Shown: positions 22,401 through 34,088 of the stretch, in pieces
Position numbering within the stretch: the first letter of the stretch is position 1
How the letters are laid out: every line of letters begins with the position of its first letter
Source: Macrostomum lignano
Taxonomy: Eukaryota
Length of the DNA stretch: 64,000 nt
NCBI GenBank assembly: GCA_002269645.1
Contig: NIVC01001863.1
Location: 1-64,000, forward strand
Direction of reading: 5' to 3'
Notes under the pieces: generated by a model
Database searches by the model: none
The model's input: only the letters and a program-made list of their open reading frames with translations
What the model was told of the DNA's origin: nothing
Position numbers and translations under genes: made by a program

Positions 22401-24590
22401 ATGCGCGGCCAGCGACGCCGGTGACCGACCGGTCTGCCGCTGCCCGGAGGGCCTCGCCGGGCCCCGCTGCCAGACCGTCCTGCAGCCCTGCGGCGGCGCC
22501 GGCGGCCGCACCTGCATGCACGGCGTGTGCGTCGCAGCGCCGGCGGGGGCCTCGGGCGCCGGCCAGTGCGTGTGCGATACCGGGTATCAGGTGAGCGACC
22601 ATGGATCTAGTTGGGATCTGTCCGATCTATTTGGGATCTGTCTGATCTAGTTGGGATCTGTCCGATCTATTTGGGATCTGTCTGATCTATTTGGGATCTG
22701 CCTGATCTATTTGGGATCTTTCTGATCTATTTGGGATCTTCCGATCTATTTGGGATCTGTCCGATCTATTTGGGATCTATTTGGGATCTGCCTGATCTAT
22801 TTGGGATCTGTCCGATCTATTTGGGATCTGTCTGATATATTTGGGATCTATTTGGGATCTGTCTAATCTATTTGGGATCTGTCTGATCTATTTGGGATCT
22901 GTCTAATCTATTTGGGATCTGTCTGATCTATTTGGGATCTGTCCGATCTATTTGGGATCTTTCTGATATATTTAGGATCTATTTGGGATCTGTCCGATCT
23001 ATTTGGGATCTGTCCGATCTATTTGGGATCTGTCCGATCTATTTGGGATCAGTCTGATCTATTTGGGATCTGTCTAATCTATTTGGGATCTGTCCGATCT
23101 ATTTGGGATCTGTCCGATCTATTTGGGATCTATCCGATCTATTTGGGATCTGTCCGATCTATTTGGGATCTGTCCGATCTATTTGGGATCTGTCCGATCT
23201 ATTTGGGATCAGTCTGATCTATTTGGGATCTGTCTAATCTATTTGGGATCTGTCCGATCTATTTGGGATCTGTCCGATCTATTTGGGATCGGTCCGATCT
23301 ATTTGGGATCTGTCCGATCTATTTGGGATCTGTCCGATCTATTTGGGATCTGTCTGATCCATTTGGGATCTGTCTGATCTATTTGGGATCTGTCTGATCT
23401 ATTTGGGATCTGTCTGATCTATTTTTCGTCACGATTCGCCCCATAATTCACCCAGGGCGACCTCTGCGACCGCGACATCGACGAGTGCCGCCTGGTGTCG
23501 CCCTGCCAGCACGGTTCAACGTGCGTCAACACCCGCGGTGGCTTCGAGTGCCGCTGCCAGCCGGGCTTCTCCGGCCGGCTCTGCCAGCTGCCGCCGATGC
23601 TGCTGCCGCCGCCGCAGCCGAAGCCGGTGGCCGCGTCAGCCCTCGACACCGCGGTGAGTCATCATCAGTAACTCAATTAGGTCATAAGCGATACATACGT
23701 TGAAAGGTAAACGGCGAGAGTAACTTGCCTGTATTTGGAAAGGTCATATGCCTCGCCATCTAAGCACCAAAGATGCTTTCTAGCTTTTTTCAATATTTCC
23801 AGTTTATTTTTCGTTTATAATTTTGTTTAAATTTGCGAAGCAACAGAAGCATTGGAAAGAGCGTTTGCCGCTTCAGCCGCTTTTCTTAACCGGTTGATTA
23901 ATCAAGATGAACGCAGAAAGTTGAAAGTGAGGGCTTAATTTAGATTTTTTGGCCCCCACTAGGAGGTCAACGGGCAGCTGTTTATGCGCGCATAAAATGG
24001 AGTTTGCACTGCCGCCAACTCTGCATCGACTCGCGCTTTTGCCTGTTAATTAGGTCTCATTACACTACTTATCTAAATAAGTAGCATTGTAAGCGCATTG
24101 CTGTCTTTATTTGGTCTTACTGGTCATAAAATGAACTTAATAATGGGTTCGATTGATTCCGCAGTCCGCCGGCTCCGCCACGATGCTGACGGCCGTCCTG
24201 CTATCCGTGATTGCCGTGCTGGCGCTGGCCCTGCTCTTCGTGCTGCTGCTGCTGCTGCGGAGGCGCCGGCGCGCTGATGACAGCCCCCGGTTTGCCGCGG
24301 TTTTCACGCGTCGGCCAGCTGGCAAAGTTCGCGACGGCGGCAGCGAAAGCCAGAGCTGCTACGACTCCATCGAGGACCTGCCGCTGCAGCAGGCCGGCGA
24401 GAATCCCTACGAACCGGACTATGGGGATAATTTTCCCAATGCCGCCTACGCCGTTGAAACGGCCCCGCCGCTGCCGCAGGCGAGACAGTCGCCGCCGCCG
24501 CCACCGCCGCCCCGCCTGTCCGCCACCCAGCCGACGTCCTGTTGCGGAGACTCACCAGCAGAGGACTCGCAGTCCAACTGCTACGTCTGA
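19472..24590 (+). CDS. Delta/Serrate(DSL)-like type I membrane EGF protein, ~528 aa
   Basis: Exons 19472-19564 (signal peptide MSGCIRQINTVLFIAFVLVNLFALDLAYRPK), 21629-21913 (C2/MNNL-like, CDPYF, SNP), 22006-22590 (DHD, DSL-like CRPGRAGPACRVACTP...GCDLATGQRVCLPGF...C, 2 EGF), 23456-23653 (Ca-binding EGF DIDEC) and 24165-24590 (TM helix, RRRRR stop-transfer, tail ending SNCYV). All junctions are phase 0 GT-AG. Confidence 0.85.
19630..19922. mobile_element. hAT-type MITE copy 1 carrying a degenerate 28S rRNA fragment
   Basis: 14-bp TIR CATACATGCGCAAC / GTTGCGCATGTATG; perfect 8-bp TSD attgtatt; second copy at 36820. Confidence 0.92.
22604..23422. repeat. 20-bp minisatellite (gatctatttgggatctgtcc)n in Delta-like intron 3
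   Basis: Direct tandem copies starting about 14 nt after the donor. Confidence 0.93.
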
Positions 24591-24714
24591 AACCTAAACA
24601 CGATTTCTGCTTGCCTAAAAGAAGGCGAGGTATCACCATAGCAACCGTGAAAATCTCAATGACATCCATGAAATTTTCACTGTAAAACCCCAATTCAGTT
24701 CTGAAAAAAAATCG

Positions 24715-25180
24715 CCATAGCAACAAGAAAGCTACCCATGGAAAGCATAAAGCTATCCATAGCAACCATAGAGCTACCCATAGCAACAAGAAAGCTACCC
24801 ATAGCAACAAGAAAGCTACCCATAGCAACAAGAAAGTACCCATGGAACCATAAAGCTACCCATAGCAACCATAAAGCTACCCATAGCAACAAGAAAGCTA
24901 CCCATAGCAACAAGAAAGCTACCCATGGAACCATAAAGCTACCCATAGCAACAAGAAAGCTACCCATAGCAACAAGAAAGCTACCCATAGCAACAAGAAA
25001 GCTACCCATAGCAACAAGAAAGCTACCCATGGAACCATAAAGCTACCCATAGCAACAAGAAAGCTACCCATAGCAACAAGAAAGCTACCCATAGCAACAA
25101 GAAAGCTACCCATAGCAACAAGAAAGCTACCCATAGCAACAAGAAAGTACCCATGGAACCATAAAGCTACCTATAGCAAG
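24715..25180. repeat. 21-bp minisatellite (ccatagcaacaagaaagctac)n
   Basis: Direct tandem copies. Confidence 0.9.
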
Positions 25181-26093
25181 GATATAAATTCGACTGACTC
25201 AACATAAGCAGCTACGGATTGCTCGGTTGATTTTTTTTAATTTATTGATATAGAATCCTCGCAATTGATTTGTTTGTTTTCTTCTACCTCCCAGGTGTAA
25301 AAAGTTTCCATTGGCCGAAACCATCGAATTTCGCAGTACTTTATGAACCTTCTAAACTGGCAGATATTTTATTTACATTCTGATTTGCTTGAAACCGCTG
25401 AATGAATGAACTGCTTGCTTACCTCGAAGCACATTTTTATTGCTTGAATGCGTGTTGTGCTGATATTTTTGCACACTAAATCCGAATATTAATCATTGCA
25501 TGTTGAAATACATATTGAGCCACTACTAATATTAGTGCTAAAAAAGCACTGGTTTTACACTCAGATTTTTCACCACGAAGTTGGCTTAATGCAAGTCTTT
25601 GACCATGGCTTTTGTTCTTATCTGCGCTCGTATGCATACTTGCACGAGTATACAACTTGCTGGAAGTTGAGATGAGGTGTCCTCAGCTGGAGATGAGGTG
25701 TCCTCAGCTGGAGATAAGGTGACCTTGGCTTGAGATGAGGTGTCCTTAGCTGGAGATGAGGTGGCCTCGGCTGGAGATGAGATGTCCTCGGCTGGAGATG
25801 AGGTGTCCTCAGCTGGAGATGAGGTGTCCTCAGCTGGAGATGAGGTGTCCTCAGCTGGAGATGAGGTGTCCTTAGCTGGAGATGGTGTCCTCGGCTGAAG
25901 ATAAGGTGTCCTCAGCTGGAGATGAGGTGTCCTTAGCTGGAGATGAGGTGTCCTCAGCTGGAGATGAGGTGTCCTCAGCTGGAGATGGTGTCCTCAGCTG
26001 GAGATGGTGTCCTCAGCTGGAGATGAGGTGTCCTTAGCTGGAGATGGTGTCCTCAGCTGGAAATGAGGTGTCCTCAGCTGGAGATGAGGTGTC

Positions 26094-28242
26094 TATTGTA
26101 TTTCCAACGAATGCAAATGTAAATGCTTATTTTATATCTATGGCTCAGTCATGCTTCAATATACAGATAAGTGAGTCGCAGCCCCAGAGGCTGATCATTT
26201 TTCTTTTCTAGCACAAGAGCTAGTACACCAGTAATACAACATTGGTGACAGCGGTAAAAGCGCACTTGGCGCGAAAGTGCATCTCCGCTGCAGGACAGAG
26301 GCGGCACACCAAATATGAGCCTACTACCTCAGCCATCTCCGTTCGACCCGGAAAAGGATCCATCGAACGTGGCGAAAAGATGGGAGGACTACCTACAGGA
26401 AATCACGCTGTGGTTGGACGCCTGCGGAATAACAGACGACAAAAGAAAGCGATCTGCATTTCTGCTCTGTGCCGGTGTGAAAGTTCGAAAAATACTAGAA
26501 AACCTGGACAACACAGGATCTGACTTCAAAACGGCTCAGACCCGACTGGACGAGTACTTCAAGGACGGAACAAACGTGGTATACGAAACCTTCAACCTGC
26601 TGCAAATCAGGCAAAAGGAAGGTGAGGCCATTGACTCTTTCCATGGCCGACTGCGGGAAGCAGCGAAATACTGCGACCTCGAGGTATCAACCACTGATGC
26701 AACAACCAAACTGTCCTATGAAGACCGAATAATTCGCGATCTTGTAGTCCTAAACTGCAACTCAAACAGCCTCAGACGGAAGCTCATCCAAGAAGGGTCA
26801 ACTCTGACTCTGAAGAGAGCTATCGAAATAGGAAGATGCTTCGAATCGACGAACAGCCAGAGCGGAGTCATTGAGAAGCACTTCTCCGACCCGAGCACCG
26901 TCAATTCAGTTGGACAGTCCAAAGGACCAAGAAGATTCCCTAAATCGAAGAAAACTGGAATTGACAGCAAGCAGTTTCTCAGAAGAAATTCCAGTGCTCG
27001 CGATGTCTGTAGCCGCTGTGGAAGAAGCTCACATACAGCAGAAAACTGCTATGCGCGCAACGATACTTGCAAGAAGTGCAATAAGGTGGGACATCATGCC
27101 AAGATGTGCAGAACCAAACTACCAACCAAAAGTAAACTTCAAGTTTACGAAACGAAAGAATCGGGCGTGACTGAATCGTCAGACTCAGAGGAGATTCATA
27201 CGATAGCAAGCGTCAGCGCGAAGAACGGTGCAACAAAGCAAGCTGTCATCAACGGCAGAAAATGCGATGTACTAATTGACTCGGGCTCCAATCTAAATCT
27301 AATATCCTACAACACAGTTGCTAAAATGGTGAGTCCGGATCAGATTAACTCGAGATCACATATCAAGATTTGGTCGTACGGGGCCAGGACCCCCATCGAA
27401 ACCCAAGGCACAGTACATCTGGAAGTTACTCTCAACGAAAGTACACAGCAAATGAAGTTTCACATAACTCCAGTAAAGGATGCACGCACTATTATCGGAT
27501 TTGAGGACGCCTTCAAGCACGGTTTCCTGACACGGGGCTCGGATAAAAGCTGCCTTCACATCGAGAACATTCAGCAGCCAACGCAAGTGATTCTGGAAGA
27601 GTTCAAGGATGTCTTCCGTGGAATAGGAAAACTCAAAGACAGCAAAGTTAAGATTCGCCTGAAGGAGAACGCCAATCCTATTGTTCATCCACCATCGCGT
27701 ATACCAGCACACCTTCACCAGAAACTGCGCGAAGAACTAGAAGGGCAGTTAAGAGAGGACATAATCGAGCCAGTCAAGGGAACTACTGAATGGGTGTCAA
27801 GAATAGTGGCTGTTCCGAAGGCCAACGGTAAATTGAGAGCCACGGTTGATCTCAGAGACCTAAACAAAGCTACTAGGAAGGAGCACTATCCACTGCCCAG
27901 CATCGACGAACAACTGATTAACGTTGGCGATGCTAAGTACTTCTCCTACTTGGATGGCAATAAAATGTTTCATCAGCTAGAACTGCACGAAGACTCCAGG
28001 ATGCTCACGACATTTTCAACAGGCCTGAAAGACTGGCCACTTATGAGATATAAGAGACTACCAATGGACTGGGTGAACTCATCGTTTGCACTCCAATCGG
28101 AAATGCATCAAGTTCTTGCTGGCATTTCAGGAGTTCTGAATATCCAGGATATCCAGAATATCCAGGATATCCAGTTCTGAATACCCAGAGGCTGATCATT
28201 TTTCTTTTCTAGCACAAGAGCTAGTACACCAATAATACAACA
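26094..28242 (+). mobile_element. Internally deleted Ty3/Gypsy LTR retrotransposon
   Basis: 5' LTR 26094-26241 (TaTTGTATT...AATACAACA), PBS-like TGGTGACAGCGG at 26243, 3' LTR remnant 28184-28242, and 5-bp TSD gtgtc on both sides. Confidence 0.92.
26315..28180 (+). CDS. Gypsy gag-protease-RT polyprotein, truncated in RT
   Basis: Two CCHC knuckles (CSRCGRSSHTAENC, CKKCNKVGHHAKMC), protease LIDSGS, and RT motifs WVSRIVAVPK...VDLRDLNK and YFSYLDGNKMFHQLEL. It ends at VLNIQD where the catalytic DD is expected; RNase H and integrase are absent. Confidence 0.93.
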   Translation: MSLLPQPSPFDPEKDPSNVAKRWEDYLQEITLWLDACGITDDKRKRSAFLLCAGVKVRKILENLDNTGSDFKTAQTRLDEYFKDGTNVVYETFNLLQIRQKEGEAIDSFHGRLREAAKYCDLEVSTTDATTKLSYEDRIIRDLVVLNCNSNSLRRKLIQEGSTLTLKRAIEIGRCFESTNSQSGVIEKHFSDPSTVNSVGQSKGPRRFPKSKKTGIDSKQFLRRNSSARDVCSRCGRSSHTAENCYARNDTCKKCNKVGHHAKMCRTKLPTKSKLQVYETKESGVTESSDSEEIHTIASVSAKNGATKQAVINGRKCDVLIDSGSNLNLISYNTVAKMVSPDQINSRSHIKIWSYGARTPIETQGTVHLEVTLNESTQQMKFHITPVKDARTIIGFEDAFKHGFLTRGSDKSCLHIENIQQPTQVILEEFKDVFRGIGKLKDSKVKIRLKENANPIVHPPSRIPAHLHQKLREELEGQLREDIIEPVKGTTEWVSRIVAVPKANGKLRATVDLRDLNKATRKEHYPLPSIDEQLINVGDAKYFSYLDGNKMFHQLELHEDSRMLTTFSTGLKDWPLMRYKRLPMDWVNSSFALQSEMHQVLAGISGVLNIQDIQNIQDIQF

Positions 28243-29014
28243 GTGTCCTTAGCTGGAGATGGTGTCCTCGGCTAATGATGAGGTGTCCTTAGCTGGAGAT
28301 GAGGTGAGGTGTCCTCAGTTGAAGAAGAGGTGTCCTCAGCTGGAGATGAGGTGTCCTTAGCTTGAGATGGTGTCCTCCGCTGGAGAAGAGGTGTCCTTAG
28401 CTAGAGATGAGGTGTCCTTAGCTAGAGATGGGGTGTCCTTAGCTAGAGATGGGGTGTCCTCAGCTGAGATGGTGTTTTCCACTCAGCTGAGGTGTGACCA
28501 GGGATGACCTGTTTGCAAAAAAATAAAGAAGTCACCAAAACAAGTCTGCCAGACTGACCTTTTGAAAAGTTCAGATGTTTCTCAAACGGAGCAGTGGAAC
28601 TCAACCAGGTGATCGACTTCAAGCTTTATTTGCATTGGGATGGTTGAACAAATAAATCTGAGATGCGACTAAAAATAATCAACAGGAACAAAGTCAGGCG
28701 GGCCAGAGGAGGCGGTTTGGGATTCAAAAAATGCAGTTCCTCACTCAAGAGCCATCAAGCCCGCCAAACAGGTCGGTGAAAAACAAAGCCACAGTTCTCG
28801 GGATAAAAATAGTTTAAGAACTAATTTTCCACAAGACATTCAGTTAAAGCGTATTTTGTACTAAAAACAACAAACTCCTTTGTTGAACAGATACGGCATT
28901 ACCATCAGATTGAAATGCTGCGAGTGGATGCGAATAATCCCAGAAGTTGGGATTCCCAGATGGAAAATACCGGAAGTTGGGATTATGGATTAGGAATTCC
29001 AGGTATCTCAAAAT

Positions 29015-30596
29015 CTGGGAATTTTCCCGGCATTGGGATCCTAGATGGGGATTTCCCAGCATTGGGATTCTAGATGGGGATTTCCGGCATTGGGATTCTA
29101 GATGGGGATTTCCCAGCATTGGGATTCTAGATGGGGATTTCCGGCATTGGGATTCTAGATGGGGATTTCCCGGCATTGGGATTCTAGATAGGGATTTCCC
29201 AGCATTGGGATTCTAGATGGGGATTTCCCAGCATTGGGATTCTAGATGAGGATCTCATGGCATGGGATTCTAGATGGGGATTTCCGGCATTGGGATTCTA
29301 GATGGGGATTTCCCGGCATTGGGATTCTAGATAGGGATTTCCCAGCATTGGGATTCTAGATGGGGATTTCCCAGCATTGGGATTCTAGATGGGGATTTCC
29401 CAGCATTGGGATTCTAGATGAGGATCTCATGGCATTGGGATTCTAGATGGGGATTTCCGGCATTGGGATTCTAGATGGGGATTTCCCAGCATTGGGATTC
29501 TAGATGGGATTTCCCAGCATTGGGATTCTAGATGGGGATTTCCCGGCATTGGGATCCTAGATGGGGATTTCCCAGCATTGGGATTCTAGATGGGGATTTC
29601 CCGGCATTGGGATTCTAGATGGGGATTTCCCGGCATTGGGATTCTAGATGGGGATTTCCCAGCATTGGGATTCTAGATGGGATTTCCCAGCATTGGGATT
29701 CTAGATGGGGATTTCCCGGCATTGGGATCCTAGATGGGGATTTCCCAGCATTGGGATTCTAGATGGGGATTTCCCGGCATTTGGATTCTAGATAGGGATT
29801 TCCTGGCATTGGGATTCTAGGTGGGGATTTCACAAAATTAGGATTATAAATGGGGATTTCCCGGCATTGGGATTCTAGGTAGGGATTTCACAAAATTAGG
29901 ATTATAAATGGGGATTTCCCAGCATTGGGATTCTAGATGGGGATTTCCGGCATTGGGATTCTAGATGGGGATTTCCCAGCATTGGGATTCTAGATGAGGA
30001 TCTCATGGCATTGGGATTCTAGATGGGGATTTCCGGCATTGGGATTCTAGATGGGGATTTCCCGGCATTGGGATTCTAGATAGGGATTTCCCAGCATTGG
30101 GATTCTAGATGGGGATTTCCCAGCATTGGGATTCTAGATGGGGATTTCCCAGCATTGGGATTCTAGATGAGGATCTCATGGCATTGGGATTCTAGATGGG
30201 GATTTCCGGCATTGGGATTCTAGATGGGGATTTCCCAGCATTGGGATTCTAGATGGGATTTCCCAGCATTGGGATTCTAGATGGGGATTTCCCGGCATTG
30301 GGATCCTAGATGGGGATTTCCCAGCATTGGGATTCTAGATGGGATTTCCCAGCATTGGGATTCTAGATGGGGATTTCCCGGCATTGGGATCCTAGATGGG
30401 GATTTCCCAGCATTGGGATTCTAGATGGGGATTTCCCGGCATTTGGATTCTAGATAGGGATTTCCTGGCATTGGGATTCTAGGTGGGGATTTCACAAAAT
30501 TAGGATTATAAATGGGGATTTCCCGGCATTGGGATTCTAGGTGGGGATTTCACAAAATTAGAATTATAAATGGGGATTTCCCGGCATTGGGATTCT
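29015..30596. repeat. ~30-bp minisatellite (ggggatttcccagcattgggattctagat)n
   Basis: About 50 copies with higher-order variant blocks, adjoining the helicase stop. Confidence 0.93.
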
Positions 30597-33500
30597 ACCA
30601 GCGCAATTCCACTATGCACCTGAAAACCCCAATCCAGCAGACACAAGCAGCAAAGCGACTGAAAATGGCAGTCCTAGAAATTGTACCGCTTCCCCGCCCG
30701 CCGATGCTGCGGCTGCTCTTGGCGGGGCCCCGGCTGCGCCAGACCGCCTGCTTGAAGTTGGGCACGCCGGCCGGGCCTCGGTTCGGCTTTCGGGTCACCC
30801 AGCCGTCATCCTCAGCTTCCTCGCTGGTCTCCCGATAGTTGACAAGGAAGTCGGGCACCTGCTGCTTGCACGCCTGCAGGACTTGGAGCAGGCCTTTGCG
30901 AATGTCGCCAATGCGGAGGTCGCCGCTGTCCAAGAAGGTGACGGCCCGGCCCGGGCGGCCCAGGCGGCCGGTGCGACCGACCCGGTGGATGTACTGGTCC
31001 ATGTACATCGGGGCGTCGAAGTTCACCACCAGGCCGACGCCGGGCAGGTCGAGGCCTCTGGCGGCCACGTCTGTGGCGATGAGCACGGAGCTGCGGCCGG
31101 ACTTGAAGCTCTGCAGAGACAGCTGGCGGGACTGCGGGACGGAGACGAGCAAAACTTCTGGGTTTCCATTCTCATGCAAACAAACCAAGAGTTTGTCTAT
31201 TTTTAGAAACCTAGAATTTGGGAATTAGTAGGTGAATAGTAGGAATAGGAGTAATGGGATTCTCTGTAGCGGGATTCTCTGTAGCGAGATTTCCTGTAGT
31301 GGGATTCCCTGTAGTGGGATTCCCTGTAGTGGGATTCCCTGTAGCGGGATTCCTGCAGCGGGATTCCCTGTAGTGGGATTCCCTGTAGTGGGATTCCCTG
31401 TAGTGGGATTCCCTGTAGTGGGATTCCCTGTAGTGGGATTCCCTGTAGTGGGATTCCCTGTAGTGGGATTCCCTGTAGTGGGATTCCCTGTAGTGGGATT
31501 CCCTGTAGCGGAATTCCCTGCAGCGGGATTCCCTGCAGCGGGATTCCCTGCAGCGGGATTCCCTGCAGCGGGTTTCCCTGAAGTGGGATTCCCTGTAGTG
31601 GAATTCCCTGTAGCGAGATTCCCTGTAGCGGGATTCTCTGTGCCCGATTCATCGCAAAACAAAGATCAAACGCTGCCTAGCTGAGCTCCGCAGCATCGCA
31701 GACGCCATCCTCCCCATCTCGGACTCACGTGCTGCTTCATATCGCCGTGGATGGTCGCAGCGGAGAAGCCACCAGCCAGCAGGCGGCGGTGCAGCCGGTC
31801 GGCCCCGGCTTTGGTCCGCACAAACAGCAGGCAGCGCTCGCCTTCACCGAGTTCGGCCAGAAGGCGCTGCAAAGCCTCCAAGCGCTGAGCTTCGCCCCGG
31901 CTGATCAGGCGGAGCTCCTGGCTGATGCCGGCCGGCACGGGTCCGGACTCGGCCCGGCCAGCCCGGACAGAGACGCAGTCGTCCGGACGCATCAGATTTC
32001 GAACTATTCGGTTCACGTCCGATGGGAAGGTGGCCGAGTACAGCGAAGTCTGCCGGTCGGCCGAGGGCGGCATGCCAAACTCCCTGCTGCTGACGATTCT
32101 GCGGATGTCGCGCTCGAAGCCCATGTCCAGGCAGCGGTCGGCCTCGTCCAGCACCAGCTGGCGGCAGGCCGTCAGCGACAGGATGCCGCGCTGCATGAAG
32201 TCCAGCAGGCGGCCCGGCGTGGCCACGGCAATGTGCAGGCCTTCGGTCAGGATCTGCGTAGGGGATTGGTATTATCACAGCACTGGCATGATCACAGCAT
32301 TGGCATGATCACAGCACTGGCATGATCACAGCACTGGCATGATCACAGCACTAGCATGATCACAGCACTGGCATGATCACAGCACTGGCATGATCACAGC
32401 ACTGGCATGATCACAGCACTGGCATGATCACAGCACTGGCATGATCACAGCACTGGCATGATCACAGCACTGGCATGATCACAGCACTAGCATGATCACA
32501 GCACTGGCATGATCACAGCATTAGCATGATCACAGCATTGGCACACAACACATGACCACACAGCATGACACACACGACCACACAGCATGACACACACATG
32601 ACCACACAGCATGACACACACATGACCACACAGCATGACACACATGACCACACAGCATGACACACATGACCACACAGCATGACCACACATCATGACACAC
32701 ATGACGACACAGGATGACACACATGACCACACATCATGACACACATGACGACACAGGATGACACACATGACCACATAACATGACACACATGACCACACAG
32801 GATGACACACATGACCACACATCATGACACACATGACGACACAGGATGACACACATGACCACATAGCATGACACACATGACCACACAGGATGACACACAT
32901 GACCACATAGCATGACACACATGACCACACAGCATGGCACACACATGACCACACATAATGACACACATGACCACACAGCATGACACACATGACCACATAG
33001 CATGACCAGTCAAACAATAACCACCCCCCACTGACCCTCTGCCGCATGGGCTCGGGACTGAGGCCGCCCACCAGCAGGCCGCAGCTGATCCTGGTGAAGC
33101 AGGTGAGGCGAAGCAGGTCGGCGAGGATCTGCTGCGCCAGCTCCCTAGTCGGGCAGATGATGAGGCCGCTAGGATACTGGGTGAGCTCATCGGCCTCCCT
33201 AACCAGCTCCATAGCCTGGGCAGGATAGTTGGCAGCCAGCCGGCTGACCAGGGGCACCAGGTAGGCCAGGGTCTTGCCGCTGCCCGTCTCCGCCTGCACC
33301 GTGGCGTCCAGGCCGGCCAGGCCGACCGGCACCGCGCCGCGCTGCACAGGCGTCATCTCGTCCACCCCCATGCGGCCGAGCGCCTCCAGCACGCGGGGCT
33401 CCAGCGAGTCGGCCAGCTGGCTGAACCGGACAGCCGAGCTGTTGGCAGGCGAGAAGGCGCCCGACTCAACCGGGCGGCCCGAGTGGGTGAGCGGCACCTG

Positions 33501-33752
33501 CGCAAAGTGGACTCGGGCCGCCTCCGACATGCCGCCACCGCCGCCGCCGCCGCCGTCCGACTCGATGTCGCTGTTGAGATTTTTGGTGTCGGACCAGAGA
33601 CTGGCCGGCCGCTCCACTCGGGCACCCCAGCTCTCCGCTCTCACCAGGCCGCTGGTGGACCGGCGCAGGCCGCCTCCGCCGCCGCCTCTGCCTCTGTTGC
33701 TGTGAAGCGCTCTGGTCAGCAGCGACCAGATGAGCCGCTGATGAGGATGCAA
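30595..33752 (-). CDS. DEAD-box RNA helicase, DDX3/Ded1/Vasa-like, with an RGG/transit-peptide-like N-terminus
   Basis: Exons ~33752-33036 (Q motif TPVQ, AETGSGKT, PTRELAQQI), 32253-31729 (ATPGRL, DEAD, SAT, HGD) and 31131-30595 (ATDVAARGLD, HRVGRTGR). Junctions are phase 0 GT-AG. The start is uncertain: the first in-frame ATG is MSEAA, well downstream of the open frame start. Confidence 0.92.
31250..31640. repeat. 15-bp minisatellite (gggattccctgtagt)n in helicase intron 2
   Basis: Direct tandem copies. Confidence 0.9.
32275..33005. repeat. Compound array (17-bp catgatcacagcactgg, then ~22-bp catgacacacatgaccacacag) in helicase intron 1
   Basis: Two adjacent arrays sharing a catga core. 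Confidence 0.88.
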
Positions 33753-33811
33753 CTTGCTCAGGGGATGCAGCGGGTGGCGGGCGGAATTTGGTGGTCAAAT
33801 TCGTTCTATAA

Positions 33812-34088
33812 TCTAATAATAATAAATAATAATTGATTGCACCTGCCCCAATTGCGCGGCGCATCTGAAAGCTGCGTATAGCTGCACAGTCCCAGGACTG
33901 GGGGTCGCCTCACACACCCTCAATTACCCCAGCTAATGCTGGCACCCATTTTACAGCTGGGTGAACTGAAGCCATGTAGAGTTGAGTGTCTTGCTCAAGC
34001 AAGAACACAAACTGTTTTACAGTTGGATCAGGGATCGAAACCCCAACCTTCAGGTTGTGAGTCCTAGTGCACAACCTACAATGCCCCT
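33812..34088 (-). mobile_element. tRNA-derived SINE copy (minus strand)
   Basis: tRNA-like head with B-box gtttcgatccc, core cagttcacccagctgtaaaatgggtgccagc shared with 39330-39550, and an (ATT)n tail. Confidence 0.7.

Larger units (their letters stand above)
25670..28490. repeat. 21-bp minisatellite (gaggtgtcctcagctggagat)n split by the Gypsy insertion (25670-26093 and 28243-28490)
   Basis: Same unit on both sides of the LTR element. Confidence 0.9.
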
